The notes under the pieces are model-generated. The model made no database searches. It had not been told where the DNA came from and was given only the letters and a program-made list of their open reading frames with translations. A program made the position numbers and the translations under genes. From a virus (taxonomy: Duplodnaviria > Caudoviricetes), in the IMG/VR virus record IMGVR_UViG_3300033121_001394, positions 21,594 to 85,593 of that record: 64,000 nt of DNA; one strand, given 5' to 3'. This document shows positions 46,886-56,923 of the stretch, in pieces. Positions within the stretch are counted from its first letter, which is position 1; each line of letters starts with the position of its first letter.

Positions 46886-48898
46886 TTAATCCTCAACATA
46901 ATTATTCACATAATTTTCCCAAGCATTAACATATGCCTGAATGATAAACAATTTCTTTTGTTCAAATGAAACACGCTCTAACTTGGCTTCGCCAATTAAT
47001 TCTTTTAGATTATTATTAAAATCTTCTATAGGCCCTTCTTGTTTTTGATAGGCTTCTATAAAACTTGCTTCATTTAATACAGTAGTAGGTGAAATAAGGG
47101 GCAAAATAAACAATTTAGAATCTTCTATTTCTTTCTTTTGTTTTGCTGAAAGACTTCGAATATCAGCGACGACATGCTCTTTTAAGATTAAATCTGTAAC
47201 ATAATTATCAACAAAATTAAAGATTTCATTTGCTTTTATTAATAATGCACCTTTAGTAACAGTGCGGGGCAATTTATCTTTAGAACCCGGCGGTCGCCCA
47301 TTAGGATTACTCTTATTAACTTTTTGAGTTAAATTATGACTATTTTGTCCTTGGCTACCAGTTTGTTCTTTAACACTATTTTGTACTTTAATTTTTTTAA
47401 TCTCATGTGTTTGTTGTTCTTCCATTTGGGGAGTATGGAATGGGCTAGCCTTTGGAGGTAAATCGCCCGCTTTTCTTTCTTCTTCTTGCTTTTGAATATT
47501 CTTCTTTATTAATTTAGGATCTTCTTTAATTGCTTCTAATATTCTAGAATCATCGATGACATTGCGATCCACTAAATCTTTAAGTAGAGTAAAATAAATT
47601 CTTTCATCAAAGAAATTGGCGTAGGTAAAACGGATTGTGGGTTCAACTTTAAACCCCATGTTCTTTTGAATCATAGCAATTTCTTCTTGTAACCAAGTAA
47701 TAAGCATTCGACGAACACTCTCAATTCGTGAAAGCATATTCTTTAAACCTAAGGTGCCAGCATTATTAGATGCTTTAAGATCATCACCGCCAACAATAGT
47801 AATGGGAACACCTAAACCAACAAGAATAGTATTATATTTTTCTTCAAAACCAACCAGTTTATCTACAGGAGGATAGAATTCTTCTAGATTGATATCGCTA
47901 GACCATACAATATCCATACCACCACCGCCTGTATGGTTAGCAATAATATTGGCTAACTTAGTGGCTGCCGCAGGACTAGGCAATAAATCTTTGGTATGAT
48001 CACCTAATTTCCAAAGACGGACATAATTAATAATACCATCAAGGGCGGAAACTTTAGCTTGTTTTAGTTTATCATTGTAAAATACGTCAGCCAAAACGCC
48101 GTAAGTAAAGGGAGTCGCCCAAATATCCGTATCATCTTTGTTTAAATGAGCAACGTGAAGTTGATCAGATGGTAATGGAATATAATAAGTACCAGAATAA
48201 GTTTTATTCTTAATAGCATCTTTAACTTCTTGAGGTAAACTGTTATAAACCTTCTTTTCTAAATCATTTTTAGGATTAGCAAAGGTAGAAAAGATAGATA
48301 GGGGTAAACGAAGTCCATATAATTTATTATCGGCAACAGTACTAATAAAATCACCGATTGCTTCAATATTAGCAGGATTATAGAAAATATAACGTAAGGG
48401 AATCTTACCGGCATTAGCAATTGGCAATTGCTTAATATTTTTATTGTTTAATTTGGTAAATTCTCTTTTAACTACAACATTACCAGATTTTAATGCCCAT
48501 TTTGCAAACTGCTGGGCACGATCAGACAAATTTACCTTTGTTTTCCAAAGTTTATAGAATTCATCGGTCTTAGCATCGGAATGCGTAATGTCAATACCTT
48601 CGGCCACAAATTCTGCCATCATGTCTACAACAGAACGAATAACACCTACAGACTCATAGGCGTTTTGACAAGCAATCATAATAGAACGAAGGTCTTGTTG
48701 GGTTTTACCACGAGGAATTGCTTCGTTGGGGCGGAATGTTTCGTAATCTTGACGACTAAAAGGAGGACGAACGGCAATATTGCGATTGCCGTCATATAAA
48801 GAAGGAGTAGCGGCACCTTTAATAACATCCCCAAAGCCGTCACGAGCATTTACCAATGCCTCTTGAGACTTTTCATATTTTGTCACACTTTTTGTCAT
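46886..48898 (-). CDS. Portal protein
   Basis: Directly after TerL; YESVGVIRSVVDMM, YIFYNP, DGIINYVRLWKLG; low-complexity tail. Confidence 0.8.
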   Translation of the reverse strand: MTKSVTKYEKSQEALVNARDGFGDVIKGAATPSLYDGNRNIAVRPPFSRQDYETFRPNEAIPRGKTQQDLRSIMIACQNAYESVGVIRSVVDMMAEFVAEGIDITHSDAKTDEFYKLWKTKVNLSDRAQQFAKWALKSGNVVVKREFTKLNNKNIKQLPIANAGKIPLRYIFYNPANIEAIGDFISTVADNKLYGLRLPLSIFSTFANPKNDLEKKVYNSLPQEVKDAIKNKTYSGTYYIPLPSDQLHVAHLNKDDTDIWATPFTYGVLADVFYNDKLKQAKVSALDGIINYVRLWKLGDHTKDLLPSPAAATKLANIIANHTGGGGMDIVWSSDINLEEFYPPVDKLVGFEEKYNTILVGLGVPITIVGGDDLKASNNAGTLGLKNMLSRIESVRRMLITWLQEEIAMIQKNMGFKVEPTIRFTYANFFDERIYFTLLKDLVDRNVIDDSRILEAIKEDPKLIKKNIQKQEEERKAGDLPPKASPFHTPQMEEQQTHEIKKIKVQNSVKEQTGSQGQNSHNLTQKVNKSNPNGRPPGSKDKLPRTVTKGALLIKANEIFNFVDNYVTDLILKEHVVADIRSLSAKQKKEIEDSKLFILPLISPTTVLNEASFIEAYQKQEGPIEDFNNNLKELIGEAKLERVSFEQKKLFIIQAYVNAWENYVNNYVED
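46903..46909 (-). promoter_or_regulatory. GTGAATA variant motif inside the 3' end of the portal gene
   Basis: About 20 nt upstream of the protease start. Confidence 0.4.
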
Positions 48899-48928
48899 TT
48901 TGCCAATCCAATTGCAATTACATTACAA

Positions 48929-48935
48929 TATACAC
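48929..48935 (-). promoter_or_regulatory. GTGTATA late-promoter motif
   Basis: Immediately after the TerL stop, about 31 nt upstream of the portal start. Confidence 0.6.
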
Positions 48936-51900
48936 TTAAGTATAAAGGGTACGTCCATTTGCCCCTTGGGTAGAGGCAGAGATACTTGTTACAAAGTTAT
49001 CTTGTAAATAACGCATCTTTTTAGCACCCTTACCAACAAAGGCCGTTCCAAAAGTTTCTTCTTCTTGACTTAAGCCTTGAACGCTCCCGCCCGTAAACTT
49101 AATTCCTGCATATTCTAATTCTTCTTCTACTAAGCGAGCAGCCCAATTTGCCAATAGTAATGAGGTAAATCTATCCTTTTTAAGAGTTTTCTTTATTTCC
49201 TCAGCATCCAAGCCAATAATCTTTGGTACATCCCACGTTTCTTTTCCTGTAGTAGTTTGACTGTGTCTAATTAAAGTTGTTTCTTGTTTACATTGTTCAA
49301 TTTCAATGTAGCAATCATCTAAACGATCTACACCCAAACCAACCGATTTATTATCCAATGAAGCAATTTCAACGGCAGCCGCATCATAGAAAGGAAAGAG
49401 TAATTTTTTATGTAAGATATCAATTCTTAAACCATGATGAGCCTGTTGACGCCATTCATATTTAGAGAATTCTATGGTATTTAAAATTTGCTTACCTTTT
49501 AATCCTCTACTATATTCATCTTCTGGATCTAGAATTAATTCATCGTGTACATCTAAGAGTTTAGTAGAATCTTTTAAAGATTCACGAATAGATACACCAC
49601 CACCACCACTATCCATGCAAATTAATTTAATATTGAATCTTCGGCAAATATCTCTAATATGTTTAACACAAAATGTATTATAATCATTAATATCGCCCAA
49701 GCCCTTAACTAAAGGATCACGCTTAAGTTCTTCAAAACCCTTACGATTGATGGCGAATTGATAAACAACCGCCCTATAAGTTGGATTAACTTCAATAACA
49801 TTCATGGTAAAATTGTCATCTTCAGATGCGGGGTCAATACCAAGCACATAAATCTTATCTTTGTCTCCAATAAGTTTAGCACCAAATAATATTTCTTCAC
49901 CCGTGCTATCTTTAATAGGACAAGTGGCTTCTTTAATAGAAGATGCAAGATAGAACCCCTCAGAATCCGATGGAAAACAATTATGAACCGTAGCATTATG
50001 CAAAGAATAACTATGATCATCTTCCACTTCTAAATTATAAACTAAACCTTTATAAGGAATCTCGTTTTTAGATTTAAATGTTAAAGTGGTTTTATTGCCA
50101 TCATTTATAATAGAAGTTTGTTTGCCTAAAGTTTTTTTGTAAGAAGAATAAAAAGTCTTTAAGAAAATATCATAATTAACTCCATTCATTAATAAAATAT
50201 AAGATTGATGGGTTGGATATTCTTTACCACGGAAAAAAGCGGTTTTTCGAGACTGAAAGGAAATTGAGGAACCGATATTAAAATATGATAAACAAAGCCG
50301 TACTTGGGTTAATAAACTTAAACTACAAGAAGAAGCAGAAGCATTTTTATAGTTTTTGTGTCCATCGCCATTGAAATAACCTTTTATAAATCCTTTAATA
50401 AAATCGCCATTGGAAAATAATAAATCAGGATTCATAAATTTGTTAGTAGCAATACCAGTACAGTTTTTAGTTATAAAATCAGTAATAATCCTGTTGTTAA
50501 TAACAACACTTGCAACATTTTCTTTTGTATATACTTTTGGTTTTAATCCAAAAACTTTTTCAATAGATACGCATAATTCATCAACAAATGCGACTAAAGG
50601 AGCATCAACATGTCCATCTAAAGCAAAATTAATGGCTCTACCTTTAGCACCTTGAGAACCTTCAGAAGCATAATATCCAAATATTAAACCTAAATCATAA
50701 TTGATTTTAATTTTTGATGGCACAGCAAATTTAGGAATAGTTTTTTGATTAATAATTGACCAAATTTTACTATAAGACATCTTGTGTATTAAGCACAATT
50801 CATTAATTTTTTTATTACTATTCCTAATTTCTTGTATCATTTCATTCGAACATTGATTTTGGCTAGATTTAGCATAAATTTTATTATCTATTTCTACATA
50901 ATTCTTTGTAAAAGTTTTAATATCGATAACTTTTCTATTGTTTAATTCTTTAAGATTAACAATATGCGTAGATTTAGTTAACCGATCTAATTCTACGAAT
51001 TCATCATTTTTCATCCAAAAGGGATGATTTTTAGTAGCTAAAATACTTTCCGAATAACCAAAAGTTTTTAAATCAATAATTTTTTCATCCACTTCCCTAA
51101 AAGTGCGTTTGGTAACTTTTTTAAATCTTCCTTTATGAGTTAAAACCAAATCTCCAATTTGTATATCTTCTATTTTTTTGGAACCTTGATTTGTAATAAT
51201 TTGTGTACCCGGACACAGGCAAGCTGCATATTCCATACTAAATATAGTTGGGTCCATTGTTGCCTGACCTTGTGTAAGAATACTAGCGTCCATCATACCT
51301 TCTGGTACTATATCCCAAGGCAATCTGATTATCGCATAATCTTCTGGATTAACATTTCCTCCTAACTTAATATCTGGAAATTCTTTTTTCAGAATTTCTT
51401 TATTTCCTCCGCTTAAAATAATTGCCCTGTAATATTTGTAATATTGATAAAAATGATTAAATTGATAATATGGCGTACCCGAAAGTATAATTTGATTATT
51501 TGCTAAGGCTGTAGAAAATTGAGGTATAACAGTTTGATTCGTTTGACTTATTCCACTTTCTAGATTAAGTTGTTTTAGTGCCTTATCTTTAGCAGCCTTT
51601 TTAACATGGTGATAAACACCTTCTGATTTAACAGCAGCGAAACCGCGAACAACAGTTTCAAAAACTTCTTTACTAATAGAGCTAAATTCGTCGCAAATAA
51701 TTACGTTTGCACGCTGTCCTCTAATCTTATCTCCATTACCTAAAGGAAGGAATACAGCCCGACTGGTTCCTATTTCAAAATAAGCAATATGCAAATCTCG
51801 TTTTGGTCCTTGAAAACCACAAATATCTCTTAAAATAGGGGCATTTTCATATATTTGTTGAATGTAATTAAAAATAACCATTGACTGACGAAGTGATGCA

Positions 51901-52316
51901 CCAACCACAGCGACTTTACACCCTTGCTGTAAAATCATTCGTAAGAGAGCATAAACAGCCAACATAAATGATTTACTGCAACCACGCGAACCAATAAATA
52001 TTGGTAAGGATTTTGTCCATAGTGTTTGTAAAACTGCCAATTGGAATGGCAACAAGTCAATATTAAGAATATACTTACAAACAAAATGAATGTAATTGGG
52101 ATCACGACAAAGTTGCACTAAGAGTTCGGGCACTCGTTCTGGTACACACCAATCACCACTTGTGATGGTTTGCGGTATTTTGAGTTCTCGAATGTCTCCT
52201 AAACCCAATTCCAAATTATCAGCAAACTCTTCAAAATTTTCTTTATTTTGAATAGCCTTAGCGATCATTTCCTGATACTTTGCTAATTCTTTTTCTTGTT
52301 TTTTACTAAGAGACAT
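48936..52316 (-). CDS. terL: Terminase large subunit (intein-containing precursor)
   Basis: Walker A GSRGCSKS, Walker B IICDEF, nuclease LGIDPAS and C-terminal KDRFTS; about 712 aa after intein removal. Confidence 0.93.
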   Translation of the reverse strand: MSLSKKQEKELAKYQEMIAKAIQNKENFEEFADNLELGLGDIRELKIPQTITSGDWCVPERVPELLVQLCRDPNYIHFVCKYILNIDLLPFQLAVLQTLWTKSLPIFIGSRGCSKSFMLAVYALLRMILQQGCKVAVVGASLRQSMVIFNYIQQIYENAPILRDICGFQGPKRDLHIAYFEIGTSRAVFLPLGNGDKIRGQRANVIICDEFSSISKEVFETVVRGFAAVKSEGVYHHVKKAAKDKALKQLNLESGISQTNQTVIPQFSTALANNQIILSGTPYYQFNHFYQYYKYYRAIILSGGNKEILKKEFPDIKLGGNVNPEDYAIIRLPWDIVPEGMMDASILTQGQATMDPTIFSMEYAACLCPGTQIITNQGSKKIEDIQIGDLVLTHKGRFKKVTKRTFREVDEKIIDLKTFGYSESILATKNHPFWMKNDEFVELDRLTKSTHIVNLKELNNRKVIDIKTFTKNYVEIDNKIYAKSSQNQCSNEMIQEIRNSNKKINELCLIHKMSYSKIWSIINQKTIPKFAVPSKIKINYDLGLIFGYYASEGSQGAKGRAINFALDGHVDAPLVAFVDELCVSIEKVFGLKPKVYTKENVASVVINNRIITDFITKNCTGIATNKFMNPDLLFSNGDFIKGFIKGYFNGDGHKNYKNASASSCSLSLLTQVRLCLSYFNIGSSISFQSRKTAFFRGKEYPTHQSYILLMNGVNYDIFLKTFYSSYKKTLGKQTSIINDGNKTTLTFKSKNEIPYKGLVYNLEVEDDHSYSLHNATVHNCFPSDSEGFYLASSIKEATCPIKDSTGEEILFGAKLIGDKDKIYVLGIDPASEDDNFTMNVIEVNPTYRAVVYQFAINRKGFEELKRDPLVKGLGDINDYNTFCVKHIRDICRRFNIKLICMDSGGGGVSIRESLKDSTKLLDVHDELILDPEDEYSRGLKGKQILNTIEFSKYEWRQQAHHGLRIDILHKKLLFPFYDAAAVEIASLDNKSVGLGVDRLDDCYIEIEQCKQETTLIRHSQTTTGKETWDVPKIIGLDAEEIKKTLKKDRFTSLLLANWAARLVEEELEYAGIKFTGGSVQGLSQEEETFGTAFVGKGAKKMRYLQDNFVTSISASTQGANGRTLYT
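49980..51221 (-). mobile_element. 414-aa intein with LAGLIDADG endonuclease in TerL
   Basis: EYAA|CLCPGTQI...IQIGDLVLTH (N-terminal splicing blocks), LIFGYYASEG and FIKGYFNGDG, ending VYNLEV...VHN|CFP. Confidence 0.93.
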
Positions 52317-52783
52317 TAGTGTTCACTTTTAGTTTTATTGGCAATTTCATTAAAAAGTCGATAAATATAATTTTCCGCATCATCCCGAGTATTTAAGAAT
52401 ACGGTACTGATATTATAATAAATAAATAAATCTGCAAGTCGTTTGTAGATAAAGTTAGGATGAAGTTTGGTAAAACCCTGATTGTAGAGATGGGCGAAAT
52501 TGTTAGGGCCACAAACAATAATTGTTTTATGCTTGTACGCTTTTAGCCCAGACATCTCATCTTTGAATCGATCCCAGTTTGTTCCTAAATTTCCTACTAA
52601 CTCCTGACAATCTTTCTTTCGCTCGATAATTATTGAATCATCATCATTGGGGCGATCGTGCCCAACCAATGAGTAATCTCCAAAATCAAGTTTGTCTCTT
52701 GTTAAAACTACGTCGTATGGTTTTAACTCATTTTTCCAAGTTAGAGGATTCTGTTCCCTCGTGTCCACTATTATTTTTAGCAT
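52316..52783 (-). CDS. ERCC4-type nuclease
   Basis: IIVDTREQ, LDFGDY, IIERK motifs. Confidence 0.85.
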   Translation of the reverse strand: MLKIIVDTREQNPLTWKNELKPYDVVLTRDKLDFGDYSLVGHDRPNDDDSIIIERKKDCQELVGNLGTNWDRFKDEMSGLKAYKHKTIIVCGPNNFAHLYNQGFTKLHPNFIYKRLADLFIYYNISTVFLNTRDDAENYIYRLFNEIANKTKSEH

Positions 52784-53060
52784 TGTTGGCCTGAACTATT
52801 TTAAAAAACGTGAGTTCAAAGAACTCTTCTCTACCGTAAATTCCTTTGTGATGCTTATCACATAAAGTAATTCCATTAAACACTTCGTATCTTAAATGAG
52901 GATTGTTAGCATAGCGTCTAATATGATGAATTTCCAAATCTTTTGTACAACTACAAGCCGGATATTGACATTTTCCCTTATCTCTATCTAATACTGCTTT
53001 TTTCCAATTTTTATATTTCTCACTTGAAGAGTCCCTTTTGAACTGTTCCAGTCTCTTCAT
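52728..53060 (-). CDS. Small HNH endonuclease, possible packaging accessory
   Basis: CQYPAC...EIHHI...NGITLCDKHH; ATG at 53060; two genes upstream of TerL. Confidence 0.8.
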   Translation of the reverse strand: MKRLEQFKRDSSSEKYKNWKKAVLDRDKGKCQYPACSCTKDLEIHHIRRYANNPHLRYEVFNGITLCDKHHKGIYGREEFFELTFFKIVQANNAKNNSGHEGTESSNLEK

Positions 53061-53061
53061 C

Positions 53062-54105
53062 CTAATTGGTCCAATTTTTGGAATCATGGTCAATCATCTC
53101 ACCTATTATCTCTCTTATACCCTTTTGGGCTGTCCAGCCCAATAAATTGAGGGCTTTAGTAGAGTTGCTGTGTAACACAGGGACATCGGCGGGGCGATAG
53201 AGATCAGGACTGATCTCAATAAGCGGTCCTAATTCTTTTATATTAATATTTCGAGTTTCCTTGGGGTTACACTCTCTATCTCGTTTGAATTGTTCTCCGG
53301 TTAAAGAACCACTCCAATATCCATTTATGCCAATATGACGTGCCGCTACTTCACAAATCTTACGGATTGATCTTGGTCTATTAGAAGATATTATTATGTC
53401 CTGTGGACTATCTAATTGAACCATACGATACATTGCATCACAATAATCACCCGCAAAACCAAAGTCGCGTACCGCGTCAAGATAGCCTAGCTTAAGGCTA
53501 GGCATCTTTTTATTGAACCGAAGGTTCGCAAAGTATTTACTAATCTTTCTAGTCACAAAATGTTCTGGTCGCATAAACGATTCATGATTACCTAAATAGG
53601 CTGAACACGCCCATACGCCGTAGTTCTTCCTATATAATTTAACGTACTCATCAGCAGCAGCCTTAGCGATAGAATAAGGAGAAACAGGCTTTACAGGCGA
53701 AGTCTCATTAATAGGCATCTCAGAATTTCCTGCGAACACTTCGTAAGAAGAGGCTTGGAGCAATTTAGTCTTAGGATAATAATTCTTAATGATTTCTAAG
53801 AGTCTTACGACCCCGAGAGTATTAACATCAATTACTAATTCGGGTTGATGGAAACTTTTACCAATATGAGAGAAACCAGCGAGGTTATAGACTTCGTCTG
53901 GTTTGGAAATTTCAAAAGCCCTTTGCAAAGAGGATTGATCCGTAAGATCACCGTCAATAAGAGTTACGAAGGAACGTAATTCGGGGGAAATATTAGAATG
54001 TTCTCTATGCAAACCAAAAACTTGATAGCCTTTGGCGTGTAAAATTTTTGATAAGAAGAAGGCATCTTGACCAGCCACCCCTAGGATGCACGCACTCTTA
54101 CTCAT
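53062..54105 (-). CDS. gmd: GDP-mannose 4,6-dehydratase
   Basis: GVAGQD, GDLTD, YNLAGFSH, QASSYE, PYSIAK (YxxxK), NHES, FVTRKI, RDFG, RPADV. Confidence 0.92.
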   Translation of the reverse strand: MSKSACILGVAGQDAFFLSKILHAKGYQVFGLHREHSNISPELRSFVTLIDGDLTDQSSLQRAFEISKPDEVYNLAGFSHIGKSFHQPELVIDVNTLGVVRLLEIIKNYYPKTKLLQASSYEVFAGNSEMPINETSPVKPVSPYSIAKAAADEYVKLYRKNYGVWACSAYLGNHESFMRPEHFVTRKISKYFANLRFNKKMPSLKLGYLDAVRDFGFAGDYCDAMYRMVQLDSPQDIIISSNRPRSIRKICEVAARHIGINGYWSGSLTGEQFKRDRECNPKETRNINIKELGPLIEISPDLYRPADVPVLHSNSTKALNLLGWTAQKGIREIIGEMIDHDSKNWTN

Positions 54106-55003
54106 TAGGTTTCTCCGAAACATCAGGAGTAGTAGGTAAAGAGGGCGATTCTTTAGTTTTTTGGATAAAATCCGAACCATCAAGAATAATAGGTTCTTGA
54201 GATTTGTCAGCAAATTCGTGAGGTTGCTTAAATTTCTTAATTTGATTTTGCGTAGCCATTTTCATTAATTCATTATATTTATTCATTGACTCACGCTTTT
54301 CTTTATCATTAAATGATCTTACAAGAGAAAGAAAAGTATCGGCCCCAACCTTTTGCTTTGATTCTCTTTGCTCGCGTGTTTGATTCATGGCTTTTTGCAA
54401 AGCCAGATATTTATCTGTTAGATCTTTTAAATCCCTGTTCAACTCTTGTTTGAATCTATTCGTAGAGTTAATCATTTCAAAGAACATCCGGTCAGTTTCA
54501 TTTTCAAGATTTAACTCTCTAGCCCCAACCTGTGCCCTAATCTCTTCTTCTCTATCATTTGCTTCTTTAATACTCTTTTGATTATCATCAATACGAAGTT
54601 TATAGATAATCATTAATTCTAATGAATCTTGTTCTGCCGGAGTAATATCTTCCATGACCGTTTGCATAGAAACCCATTGATCAATAAACTCTTCTAAATC
54701 CATTTTTGTTAAGGTTCTTTGAAGTCTTTTATAGCGGGGCGTAGTCTTAAAATAAGTACGCCACATAATTTCTTTATCAATAGGTTTTTCTGCTTCCCGA
54801 ATAATTTCCTGTTTAACAGCAGATTTAGTGGTATTAGGGGACAACATTTTAAATTGCCCGCCGCCCTTTTTAATTTTTAGATGTTCTTTACGGAAACGAC
54901 GAACAGCCTGAATATCTAGGCCAGTAGCATCGACCACTTTCTGATCACTTAACTTATCTTCTACAATAAGTTTTTCAACTATTTGTTTTTGTTCTTTGTT
55001 CAT
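54098..55003 (-). CDS. HTH plus coiled-coil protein, terminase small subunit candidate
   Basis: N-terminal HTH, long helical region, upstream of the TerL cluster; ATG at 55003. Confidence 0.45.
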   Translation of the reverse strand: MNKEQKQIVEKLIVEDKLSDQKVVDATGLDIQAVRRFRKEHLKIKKGGGQFKMLSPNTTKSAVKQEIIREAEKPIDKEIMWRTYFKTTPRYKRLQRTLTKMDLEEFIDQWVSMQTVMEDITPAEQDSLELMIIYKLRIDDNQKSIKEANDREEEIRAQVGARELNLENETDRMFFEMINSTNRFKQELNRDLKDLTDKYLALQKAMNQTREQRESKQKVGADTFLSLVRSFNDKEKRESMNKYNELMKMATQNQIKKFKQPHEFADKSQEPIILDGSDFIQKTKESPSLPTTPDVSEKPNE

Positions 55004-55538
55004 ACTGTGCCCAAACCTGTTTAATAATAACAAACAGTTTATTTTTATAATAACAATTTACGCATTCACCAGAAAGAATAGTTTCTAAGACATCAAAAAG
55101 ATAAAAATCGAGTTTTTCGACAAGCATATCAAGAAAAAGATTTTCCCCATTGGTAAGATACTCGACATTTCCAAGTATCGTATTCTCATCAATTTCACCA
55201 ATATGTACTGGATGCATTAAATTATTTCTAAATTTAGCAACGTCTACACCTAAATCAGACTTAGAAACCTTTTGAGGTACAACATATTTGTCCCTATACA
55301 AATTCTTAAGTCTCCGACTAACAACTGTATTTAACCAATTTTCCAATGCCTGAGGTAGATTTTCCGTAGTGGCCCTTTTAGGCTTAAAATCTTTAAGAAC
55401 CTTTAATGCTATAATCCAAGACTCCTGTTCAATATCCTCTTCAGCATATGAGCCAAAAGCTCTATTCCTATTATTTTTTGCCACCTTTGTAAGAACTTCA
55501 ATTGTTTGAGACTCTGTGAGTCCTTTAATCTTATGCAT
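54975..55538 (-). CDS. Sigma-70 region 2-like protein
   Basis: EEDIEQESWIIAL...DF...LENWLNTVVSRRLKNLYRD region-2 pattern; region 4 appears degenerate. Confidence 0.6.
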   Translation of the reverse strand: MHKIKGLTESQTIEVLTKVAKNNRNRAFGSYAEEDIEQESWIIALKVLKDFKPKRATTENLPQALENWLNTVVSRRLKNLYRDKYVVPQKVSKSDLGVDVAKFRNNLMHPVHIGEIDENTILGNVEYLTNGENLFLDMLVEKLDFYLFDVLETILSGECVNCYYKNKLFVIIKQVWAQYEQRTKTNS

Positions 55539-55543
55539 ACCAT

Positions 55544-55549
55544 ATTATA
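55544..55549 (-). promoter_or_regulatory. TATAAT -10 box, leaderless arrangement
   Basis: AACTATAATAtgGTATG, the same layout as at 43804. Confidence 0.5.
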
Positions 55550-55643
55550 GTTATTTTAATCTAAAATCCCCAGCCCCTTATGGGTATATATTACTTTAAG
55601 AAAGTAACAAAGGGACAAAGTCCCTATTTTATAGGAAAAAAAT

Positions 55644-55994
55644 ATGTCTGAAAATGAAGATAAACTTGTAGGAACAAATGATGAAGAGACGGGTGTTTAT
55701 AAGCAGCGTTCTCGTTGGTCGGCCCAACAGATGGCTCTCTTGCAGAGGGCTATTGTAGAGGATATGAGTGATGAGCAGTGTGCCAAGTTGACGGGAAGAA
55801 CCCTGAAGTCCGTTCGTCAGAAGAGATTGAGAATGGAACTTATTAAGAAGGGTGGGCGACCTACAGATGCTTCGCACGCCAAACATACGGGCAAGAGCCG
55901 TGAACAAATTACACAGGAGCGTAGTGATATGTGTAAGAAGTTCTGGAAAGCAAGGTTGGAACGAATGGAAAATCGTCCGTCTGACGACGAGTAA
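55644..55994 (+). CDS. Myb/SANT-like HTH protein
   Basis: RWSAQQMALL...MSDEQCAKLTGRTLKSVRQKR. Confidence 0.65.
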   Translation: MSENEDKLVGTNDEETGVYKQRSRWSAQQMALLQRAIVEDMSDEQCAKLTGRTLKSVRQKRLRMELIKKGGRPTDASHAKHTGKSREQITQERSDMCKKFWKARLERMENRPSDDE

Positions 55995-56026
55995 ATTGAA
56001 CCTACGGTTCAAACTCCCTAAAGAAT

Positions 56027-56057
56027 AAACCCGGCCAACCTAGCCGGGTTTTTATTT
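56027..56057 (+). terminator. Intrinsic terminator
   Basis: AAACCCGGC-7 nt-GCCGGGTTT followed by TTATTT. Confidence 0.85.
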
Positions 56058-56923
56058 ATATATACGTGTTCCCCGCCCTAAAGTCCCCTTCACCTTAAGA
56101 AAGTGCCCACCGGGAATTTTTATTTCCTCACGTTATAGCACGCTTCCTCCACCAGAAGGGAAAAGGGAGAGGGTTTGAAGAAAGGGCGAGAAAGATTAAG
56201 GGGAAATTGGTAATAGAGAATACGAAGTGGCCGTGTGTTATTCGGAAAGAAGAAGAGGAAGAAGAAGAGAAAAACGTACCGAAGGTAGGGGCGAGTATCA
56301 AAGATACTTTGTATAGGGAGATAAACTGGTTAGGATGACTGCGTCATCCGAAAAGGGATGGGGCGATCTTACGTCCCCCCGCCCATAAGTGTTTTCTTCC
56401 TATTCTTTTCCTAATACACGTTTTGGTAACTCCGTAATAATTTTGGTGTTCTAAGGTACTCTAGATTTATCCACGCCCACACTTTTATTTTCTACACAAA
56501 TATGTATATAAATAATACTAGGACAAATACAAAAACGTTTATTCTTAAGTCTCCTAGATTTATAATCTTCATTGCGGGTATGTCTGTAGCCCCCCGCGAA
56601 AAGCGACCACCCTAACCAATACCGTACACTTCATGAAAACTTACCCATACCCTCCAACCCTAGGGAAAACTTGTGGTATAAAATATATTTTACCCGAACA
56701 AATGGTAGGGTTCTATTCAATCTTGCAAGATTGTAAGTTTTTTTTCGGTGTTTCAAGCGTACCATGCATGATATTATCAGCCATTCGGTATCTGTAAGCC
56801 TTACGCCTGCGGCAATATGGGGGAAGAGTGTAGAAGGGATGCGAAAAAAAGAATCAAGAAAAAAAAGAAAAAACGTACTGGACAATGCGAATCGAACCGA
56901 TACACTCATGGGAAGGAAAAACA

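Noticed and set aside
54106-54213. N-terminal extension of gmd given in the ORF track
   Set aside because: It overlaps the upstream gene; the Rossmann motif starts right after the ATG at 54105, which is coupled to the upstream stop.
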